Below are positions 1 through 9,674 of a stretch of DNA of 64,000 nucleotides, in pieces. Position numbers and translations under genes: made by a program. The stretch comes from Kudoa neothunni (Eukaryota > Animalia > Cnidaria): assembly GCA_964304625.1 (NCBI GenBank), contig OZ199839.1, positions 8,040,497-8,104,496 on the forward strand, written 5' to 3'. The notes under the pieces are model-generated. The model was given only the letters and a program-made list of their open reading frames with translations. It made no database searches and had not been told where the DNA came from. How positions within the stretch are numbered: position 1 is the stretch's first letter; each line of letters begins with the position of its first letter.

Positions 1-350
1 CACCAAAAATTTTTCCACCCATGTACTGGTATATTTTAAAATAATGGCGTACATAACAGATCTAAATATTATTCGGAAAGTATAAATTGTATTTTGTAGT
101 AAAAACGGAAAGACACTAGGACAACTATTCATAATATTTGTAACACATGTTCTGGATGCCAACGACGGGTTCATCGACCATAACATTCAGTTCTTGTGTA
201 TTAATGAGTTAAGTTGTATATCTGTATCAATATCAAATTTTTCTAACGATAAATAATCATGAAACGAAGAAAATAAATTTTACTCTAAATACTCATTCTT
301 GTTTCGATGAAACACGTTATGGATGAAAAAAATTTGCCGAAAAACCAACT
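1..350 (-). mobile_element. piggyBac transposase N-terminal remnant (duplicate of ~46742-47100)
   Basis: Near-identical to 46742-47100, which continues into the piggyBac-like ORF 46502-46762. The minus strand reads WSMNPSLASRTCVTNIMNSCP, resembling WSLTKPVVSKASAENMSSHPGP of the piggyBac ORF 57185-57712. End coordinate approximate. Confidence 0.5.
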
Positions 351-1643
351 ATAAAGATTTACTTCAATAAGGTAGTTAGTTTATTTTTAATTATAATGAA
401 GGACTAAAATTAAAAATCCACATTAAAATTGATTTTTTTTAAATTTGCAACCCCATGATCCTTTGAAATCTTGGATCAATTTTAGTAAATGAAAAATTTG
501 AAATTTTGTAACCGAATATTTTCAACGAATCTAAATAATTCCATTTCATTAAAAATTTCGGAAACTAATGAATATTTTGTTTACCTACAAAACAATGAAT
601 GTGTATCTTCAATGGAAGTTCTCTTTATATAAAATTTAAAATAGTTATAATTAAATAAGAATACAAATGTTCCCTATTTTCCATAGAAAATGTAGAAAAC
701 TTTGAGCTAAATTTTTTCATTGCCAACTTATTTTCGAGAAACATAGAATTAGGTGAGAAAAGCGTATTTTCTTATTAAACTTTTCTGATATTAAAATAGG
801 AAATATTTTATAAGATATTTTATCAGTTAAAACCATATTGCGGAGAAAATCACTGAAATTTAATTTCTCAGATTTCGTTTTTGTGCAAACTAAGAGATTA
901 ATTTTGAAGAGAAAAATAAGTTAATAATGTATATTGATAATGTGTTGAATGATTTATGCATGTTGTGTAAAATACGCGATATAATTATTTAGCTTCATTT
1001 TGAATGAATAAAATAATTATTAATCAGGTTTTAGAGTTTTGTCCAAATATAAAAATGCTTGGAACTAGAGAAGTTATCCAAAAACTTAAAAATCAATTGA
1101 GAGTGCTTATATTGATAAATTTATCTATTTACTCATTTTAAGACACACGTGTACTACATGAAAATAATATTCGATACAACACTTGAATTTTAAATGACAA
1201 TAAAAAGATTTAATGTTAGCCCATAAATTGTTGGTTTTCATAACATCAATTATTACGGCTTTGTAAACTTATCGCCTAGTTTAAAAACGATAAATATTTT
1301 AACGTATCTAAAAATTACTTTGAATATTAAATATGTGTAGTTTTAACTGATAAAATGATTTTCAACCTATAATCAGATAAAACAACCTAAACAAATAAGA
1401 TTTATTATTACATTTAAATATAATTAATCGAATATTGAAAAAATTGGATTTTAGTTTTCCCATAATAAATGATATAGAATAAAGACAGAAACAATTTTCG
1501 AAATAATAAATATGCATGAAAATACATATTCAAGTTTTTTAAGTTATAGCTGAAGAAATACAATAGATAATTAATATCTATGATATTAATACTGTCACTA
1601 AATCGAACGTCAATTTGTGAAAGTATTCTTCATAAATAAAAAT

Positions 1644-4511
1644 CTAGTTTTTATTTTTCCAGTATCCGAAATAGAATCCCACACCAACAACAACGATGAG
1701 CGCTGGAACTACAACAGCAATAATTCTAAAATAATTGATTAACAAAATATCTCCATCAATAATTACATAGTATTTTTCGACCTAAAATAAATAAATTATA
1801 ATTCAAAAATTTTATTTTACATGGATTTGTTTGATTCGTCATCTAATCAAAATATCAGAACTAATGAACACTAATATTTAATCAATTACCTTTCTGGATC
1901 TCGACAAAACCAGTGATATTGTTATCCGTGCCATGATACAACATTAAACGGTAATTGTTGGTGTTATCCACATTTGAAATTGTAAATTCCTTGCATGATG
2001 GAAAAACAGAACAACCTTGTTCACCAGTTGTCATGCATTTTTGGACGATTGGTTTGGATGGATCATCCCAATTTTTCAATTCCCATTTGCATAACGACTG
2101 TTCATCAACGCCTGTAGGAAGAGAAGTTTTAACTTTTATGTTTTCGCCTTCTCTTGTAAACACCACAGTTAATTTGATCGGATTATTGGTGGGGGTAGGC
2201 TGTGGGTCTAAATTAAAATTTAATTAAAATATGAACGATATGAATTTAGAATTAGATGTTTTATTACTTATGGGTACTTGGATGGTAGTTTCTGCAGATC
2301 TGCCAACAGCCGTAACTAAAACTTCATATTCCTTGTCTGCTTCGTATCCTTCCTTGAATATAATTTCAATGCATAATGGCGGTTGTGCACATGGAGTGAT
2401 TTCTTTTTTTTTATTTGAAGATGGCACATTCTGTGGTTGCTGTCCATTAGTCGCCCTAGATATCGCTATTTTAGAAGGGTTTAGATACTGCAGAGGGTGT
2501 CCCAATCTTTGTTGTTGATGACGGTGGTGGGCATTGGTAGATCAACTCGGATTCTTGCCCTTTTTTTACGTTTACTTTATAGTGACAAACAGCCGTAGGA
2601 TATGGTGTTGACAGTACACCTGTCACTTTGAAGCCTTTTTCTATAAATTCTGATTGTAATGTGAGCGTTGAAAAAGCTTGAAACATAATTAGTTATATAA
2701 TTCGAGGTCAATTATTTATATACTCGTTGTAATTTTATATTCTTTTTCTCCATAATCCTTATGTGCAACAACCTTTAGGTCATATTCAGTTCCAGGCATT
2801 AATCCTATAATTTTTTGAGACTCCTTACAAAAACCCCTGCAAGGATAGCTATCTTCGCACATGGCACACACATATACATCCTTTCGATGAGGGCTTATAT
2901 AATAAGCACAAGTCTTGTCAGTAGATGCAATTTGTTCATTCCCATTTATTGCTTTAACAGACGCGGTTGTATCCGTTACTGTTGGAGTTGTTTCAGAAAA
3001 GGTTGGACCAGATTTCTTTGCTATATATTTATTTTAAACAATATTTTTTTCGATTATATTACCTGTTCGAAAGAATATATGTTCTTTAAAATCATTAGAC
3101 ATACCATTCGAATTCGGGGCTGCAATTTTAAGAATATATGGTTTTCCACTATCCAATCCTGTAATCGTAAATGCAACATCACAGTTCGTGCCACAATCTT
3201 CTTGGTCAGTTCCACACTTTGCCGTTACAACAACTGCAGGTTTGGGTTTGTCTGCTTCATAAAAAGTTACAGTACAAGTATCAAATCTAGGTTCATTTTC
3301 TGGTTTAAACAAGGGAACATTTAGCGTAACACCAGTAAGTGAGTGTGTTGACAATAAGGTAGGATCGGCAGATTCTGTGATAACTATAAGAAGAATATAA
3401 ATAAATAAAGCTTCATGAAATACCAAATTTTTTCTGAACATATCCGTCAAACGTGACGTCATTGATGGTCAATGGTAGATGTCTAGTTTGAATCAATATT
3501 TCAACAATAGATTTGGAGTCTTCAAATACGAGCTCAACATTATTACAAGGTGCATAACATTTATTCGTCGATCCACACACTGATTTGTATTCATTGTTAC
3601 TTGCGGATGCTAACACTTCTCTTACACTGAAAAGACATATTTCAAACGGAAATTTGTTTGTAAACTTTAGCATATACTTTGTCTTCACATTCGAACTATA
3701 GGTCACGTAATATTGTGGCTTATAAACATCAAAATTGAATAGGGTGTATTTATTTTGCAGGTTGTAAAAGAAACTGGGATAATTATCGCATTTCATTTCA
3801 TAATATGGAATCATCAAATTAAACTCCATTTCGCTTTCATTATTATCAATGCAACTTTCCTTAACTGTTCCGTCTTGGTATTTTACATCCTTGTAAAATA
3901 TCGGACATTTCACCGGTGTACAAGTTTTTGTACTCAGTTTCAGCTTTTGGTTGTTTGTTGTTATTGTTACTTGGGGATTGACCAATAATGCTAATAAAAA
4001 TTTATGAACAATCTTAGGTGCTTTAATTACTCAATTCCAATCCAAATACAACCCCACGATTATTTTTTGCTGCAGCGGTTGCTGCTGTATTATCCGTAAA
4101 AACGGCAATATACTTTGTTTTCGGAGAAAACTTGTCAAAACCAAGCTTATTTCCACTACTTGAACATGCCCAAACACATTGGTCATTATTTGTTCCTTCA
4201 ACACGACCAGGGCATTCGTTAATTTCAACAAGATCAGTGTTTTCAGTATTAGATTTTTTGATATGGCAATTTTTCCCCGAAACATAATTATTTCCACCTA
4301 ATATCAAATTAACCTCTAATTGATTATTCTGTTTCAAAAGTTTGTATTTTAAAGTATTTTCAGTATCAGCTGAATTTGGAGCATCTCGTTGGGCCACTTC
4401 TGTACTCATGAGCGGAGTGGAGGCTATATATAATTAGTTATATTTTTTGTGATTTTTATATATACATGAGAGGAAAGTGAAAATTCCTAAAAGGTAGACA
4501 AAGTCTTTCAT
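1644..4511 (-). CDS. Family A copy A1: spliced type I membrane protein with 7 Cys-rich FN3-like modules (one apparent +1 frameshift near 2478)
   Basis: ATG at 4511 (MKDFVYLLGIFTFLS, signal peptide-like). Exons are collinear with A2 and bounded by GT..AG. Ends ...VVGVGFYFGYWKNKN TAG at 1644. An extra C in a CCC run near 2478 splits ORFs 2471-2686 and 2224-2505. Confidence 0.85.
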
Positions 4512-5192
4512 TATATTTTGCAAAAGATAAAAACGATAGCTGTCGTTCAATATGAAACTCAAAAAGTTGATCGGATTATAATTCATATATTATATGTATA
4601 CCCAGAATTAATGTTCGTCTTTAAACCAATGAAGCATCAATGCAAATATTCCGGAAATACTAATTCATCTTAACAATTATTTTGACGGACAGTAATTTAT
4701 TATCTTGAATATTAATTTAAAGTAATATTACGAAAATGAGAAACATTCATAATATCAGAAGGAAATCCAACCTCAACTTTATCCCACACCATATATATCC
4801 ATTCACACATTTCCAATAAAAAAGAAGAGAGGATATAATGTTTCCATGAAATTGATAATTTTATTAAGTTTCGTAATCTTGGGAAATATTTTAAACAAAG
4901 TTCGATTGTTTTTTGTGTACGTAAAAAATGTCTTGTCAATTCCAACGTATAGGCTCCATTAGATTATAAAGTAACTCAAACGTTAAATTCTACAAAATTT
5001 ATTTTCTTAAAAAGGGTAAAATTAATCTTCCTTTTATGTATAACCGGTAAGACAATTTTATATAAATCTATTAGAATATTCATAAAAAGCGTACTAAAAA
5101 TTTGAACAAATATCTGTCCCCGAGCTTTTTTGAATATCTTATGAAATATTTTGTAGCATAATAATTTTTTACTTGTTGATGATTATTAATTA

Positions 5193-5556
5193 CTAGCGCA
5201 AAAGTCCCGCTTCTCTCGGGCTTCTTTGCCCAACCCAGTTAGGCTATGGTCTTTTAGAGTTCAAATTTAATGAAGTGTGCTTAGATAAATGGCACAAATA
5301 TTACACCAAAAAATTAAATCTAATAGATTAACAAATGAACATAATCTTATTTTGTAGCGTTATAATAAACTTTTAGGAATTTTACATATGGTATACCATA
5401 AAATAATCCCTGTTTAAATAGCACAAAAGCTAATCCAGAGTTTATATAATATTAGTTTGATTCTATCAATATGATGCAGTCTTATTGATATAAGTATTAA
5501 ATGTACATACACCTAAGGACACAAAAACTTTATATATATAGTCGATAGTAGATAGA
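5193..5556 (-). mobile_element. Short non-autonomous Helitron-like element
   Basis: Minus strand begins A|TCTATCTACTATCGACTATATATATA and ends with the hairpin CCCG-agagaag-CGGG followed 9 nt later by CTAG|T: TC...CTAG termini between A and T, no TSD. Confidence 0.55.
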
Positions 5557-6003
5557 TTAATGTTTTTTAATATAACAACAAGTATTTAAACGTATAATAT
5601 GTTTATTTATTTGTAACAAATTTAATACAAAAATTATACTTTTTAAAATATTCAACCTAAATATAAGATAATCAATCGTTTAATTCAGGGATAAAATAAA
5701 ATATTACATCCACACCAGGATAATATATAGCACCAGTTAGAAAATTTATGTTTTTATTAAAATTTTTAAATGAGGCAAACATTATTACTTCGTTAAATTA
5801 TTTTTGCTTATAATTGTTTCATTAATTTTGGAGGTTCTGACAATATATAAATTCATTATTTTCCATCGGTTGTCATGAAGATCTAATTTTCTTAATTAAA
5901 TACGTTACGCAAAGTCAAAAATATGCTCAAAACATGCAGATACAAATTTATGTGCAATTCTATGTTATTTAAAATTATTCATTGACAACTTTTTTTTAAA
6001 TTA

Positions 6004-8252
6004 CCCCTCCGATGACATGGGGTAGAATCTACCCCAATGCAATTTTAAAATTCATATATCTCCTTATGTTGGAAATGTTGGAATTTAAAATTCTATGCAT
6101 TCCTGTAACATACATTTATTTTTAATTTTAGTCGAAAATATTTTTTAAATACTATATATTAAAAAATTTATTACAGGTTTCTCTCCTAAAGTACTTTGGG
6201 TTAGAAATTACCCTATCTATTCTTTTACGTTTAAATTAAAAAAAAATATAAAAAACTCTTTTAATTCATATATATATATATATATATATATAATGTTTTT
6301 ATAGGCACAATTGAAATAAATTTACATATCTCACGTCAGTTCATTGTGGTTTAATCTGCTCCATTAATAATTCATTATAAATCTGTATGACGTAATTGTA
6401 TATCAGGGTTAGACGCATTCAAGTAATTAAATATAGTTTTCGGAAAAAACATTAATTTTGGGGAATATTTATTTTGAACAATCTAAATAACTGTTTGAAG
6501 AATGTATTGGACAATAAAATTTGTAGCATTTATGGCACTATCTTGTAATTTTTGTCATTCTCTCGAGGAAAAACCTAACATCGTGCACTTTTTATGTTTA
6601 CAGGTGGTTCCAGATGGGAAATATTTGCTTTACTGAGATTCCTTTTTGCTGGTACATGGGTAGAATGTTTGGCCAACAATAGTTTATATAGTTGCTCTGC
6701 AATCTCTCTTAAGAAGGTTCTTCCATTATTCGATTCACCAAATATTTCTTTATACAATGCAAAAACACCCACCAATGACAAGTCGACTATGCTAAAGAAT
6801 ACGAATAGGAGCCATCTCCTTGTAAATCAACGAACAAAAACCGATGCAAGCATCCTGTCGACGTTATCTACGCCGCCCTTAGTTTTATTATAATCCAATA
6901 TTAATTGAGGTTTGAACTTAAGGTATTCTCCAGCAACATGATAATTCTGTTGCTGGAAGTTAGAAGAATCACGAATTTACCTTTTTTTCCACATATGATA
7001 ACAACATATATTTATCGTGAAACAAAAAAATGATGGAATAAAGAGGCCTTTTTCTTGAAGGTTGAAGACAAGGTGGCACCTCATTTTTGTTTTTTCACAC
7101 TGCTCCCAACAACTGCAACTTTCTTTCCAACAATTTCCCCGCAAGAGGCATCGATGTGAAGAAATTATCCGCGAGAACATTTCGGCCGTAATCAAACAAA
7201 TGAGTTGTAAGGTTGAGTACGATGTTTTTACCTATGTTAGTTTGTTTGTTTGTCTCAGAATTATTGTTTCCCAAGTAAACGCTGGCATTACAAACGTGAT
7301 TGGCGATTGGATCAACCAGTAGAAAAAATTCTTACCATAGTTTGCCGGCATTATGGGCATATACTGTTGGAAACGACATCTTCCCCGGAACGGAACCAAT
7401 TGTTCATCGACGGTAACATCCTCGTTCGGAGAAAAATATTTAGGTAGCATTTCAACCCACTTCTCCCATATATCACGAATGGCACAGAATTTGTCCAACT
7501 TTTTACATTCTACTCGTGTATTACAGTTATCGAAATGCATTGCTAGGGAAATATGTTTGAAGCGCCGAAGCGAAAATGATTGCCGATAGATTTCTCTTCC
7601 TTCCTTCTAACTGAACAACTCACCTATATGCTCCTCTCTATCCTTATGGATAGGTATGAAAATTGACAATCGTAAACATCCCCTAATTTCTATCAAATCA
7701 AGATCGTACCATTGGTCGCCGAAATGAAGTTTTCCAAACATATTTGTAAACAAAACGATTTCGTTACTTATTTCATAATTTTAAAATAACAAAAAACGGT
7801 CCAGTATGCTTTTTATTTTTGTTTGAGCGTAAGCAGTAGGTCCTGGGAGTGGATACATTTTACTCTCCAAACCTTTCTTTGTTGGACGAGGCTTCGAAGC
7901 GCTCCATTGAATACTATCTTTACTCGTAAGAACGTCAATACCAATGTCGATTATTTCCATTTCGTCTGAAAATTTTTCATCTTCGGAAAGTGAGCGTGGA
8001 GGTCACTTTCCGAAGAACAGAATTCATCGTACAAATCATCCGAGCCGCTCATTGAAAAAATACATGCTCGCGCCAACAATAAATATATCACTTTATCGTG
8101 TGGTTAAAACTAAATCTGCCGGCTTGAAATCTGTTAGATTCTAATTTATAAAACTTTGTAATATGTTTCGTATTTTAAACGAAAAAAGTAGTTGGCGTAT
8201 TTTTTTCCCCAAAATACTTTACACGTACATTGTTTTTGTCATCATCAAAAGG
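6004..8252 (-). mobile_element. Degenerate piggyBac DNA transposon (PGBD4-like transposase pseudogene)
   Basis: ORF 7232-7540 contains VTVDEQLVPFRGRCRFQQYMP..YG (piggyBac DDD transposase). A YNKTKGGVD motif lies near 6870-6890. Right end reads ...gtcatcatcaaaaGG-TTAA; subterminal palindrome GGGGTAGAATCTACCCC near 6019. Many stops and frameshifts. Confidence 0.85.
6268..6292. repeat. (TA)n microsatellite
   Basis: About 12 uninterrupted AT units. Confidence 0.9.
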
Positions 8253-8589
8253 TTAATGAACTCAGGATGATTGCACTACCGAAAATTTATTCATCTTGAA
8301 ACTTTTAAAAACTTACGAAAAATTAAGATAAGTAAATATCAGACAACACGTAAAATATGAATAAAATATAACCAGTAGTTTTAGAGATATTCATTCCTTG
8401 AGATATAGACACTTCCAAAAATAAAACCTCCTCATCTAGATACAGTCGTTTAGTTTTATTCATAAATCGATCGAATAGGTTCAATCAAAATACTTTAAAT
8501 TAAATGAATTGAACAGACTCAATGACAAACTTTGATTAAATAAATTATCACTAATCGACTTTTTGAGTATTGTTTGTCAGAAAAATAGT

Positions 8590-8918
8590 TTTCATTCCAT
8601 CGGAAAACATACCGTATCTCTATTTTAACCAAATCTGATTAACGATTTCCGGAAAGAGTATTTTCTTTTGCTGGAACTATCCAAACCATCAGATGAAATA
8701 GAAATTGTACTCTACATTAGGTGCCCTTATTCGAATGAGGAAATTTTTCAACACATCGACAAAATTTTTGTTATAACTTTGAAGTTTTTGAGTCAATTAT
8801 AAATTTAAATAATGTATATATAATTAAATATTATTTCGATTGTTGAAAAAAATTCTGATTTGTCCGATTTTGCCCGGCAAAAATTTGGCCGCATGTCCAA
8901 TCTGGGTTGACAACGCTG
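8590..8918. mobile_element. hAT-like element end remnant (same family as 41670-42805 and the inverted end at ~54642)
   Basis: Similar to 42520-42805 (ggaaaacataccgtatctc...tgtccgattt). Terminates GGGTTGACAACGCTG, a CAG-type TIR. Left coordinate approximate. Confidence 0.6.
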
Positions 8919-8919
8919 T

Positions 8920-9674
8920 TAAATATGCCATATTAGCACCAATGTCATCAGTTAACTATTTAAATTCATCAAAAATCTGCGTATACAAAATTATTATTCC
9001 TATGGGATTAATGAAATATTCAGCTGTAAAATATTTCATTGGATTATCAAAAGACAATGATGTAGTGATACTAGCCAAAATTTTTCTTTCCTTATTTATG
9101 AATATGTTAATAGATTGTTTTTAAATAGATTTATCAGTAAAATTTCAAGTGAAGTAAAATGTTATCCTTCTTAAGAAAATAAACTTTTTTAATTCAACAT
9201 TTGAGTTATTTTGTACTCTAATGGATCCCATAATTTAGAGACGACAATGAATGGTTTTACGAGTCCAAAACCTGTTGAATTTTATTAAAAAGCTTACCAA
9301 AGATTACATAATTTAACAAAATTGTCAATGTCAAAGAAAACATGCATCCTCTTTTCTTTTTAATTGAAAGTAGGTGAATGGATATATATGGTGTGGAATA
9401 AAGTTTAGGTCGGATTTCCTTCTGATTATTAAGAATGTATCGAATTTTAATCGTATCTCTTTAAATTTATTTTAGGAGTTATAAATTACCATCCGCCAGA
9501 ATATTTTTTAAGATGAGCTAATATATCCGAGATTTTTGTATTGATGATCCATTGAGTTCAAGTCAAACATCAATTCTTTATGTATATATATATATATATA
9601 TGAATTATAATCCGATCAAATTTTTGAGTTTCATATTGAACGACAACTATCGTTTTTATCTTTTGCAAAATATA
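8920..9674 (+). promoter_or_regulatory. Conserved upstream region of family A genes (putative promoter/5'UTR)
   Basis: Recognisably homologous upstream of all five A copies (e.g. atatggtgtggaataaagtttaggtcggatttccttctgattatt), with a TA-rich tract about 75-95 nt before the ATG. Function is inferred from position only. Confidence 0.5.
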
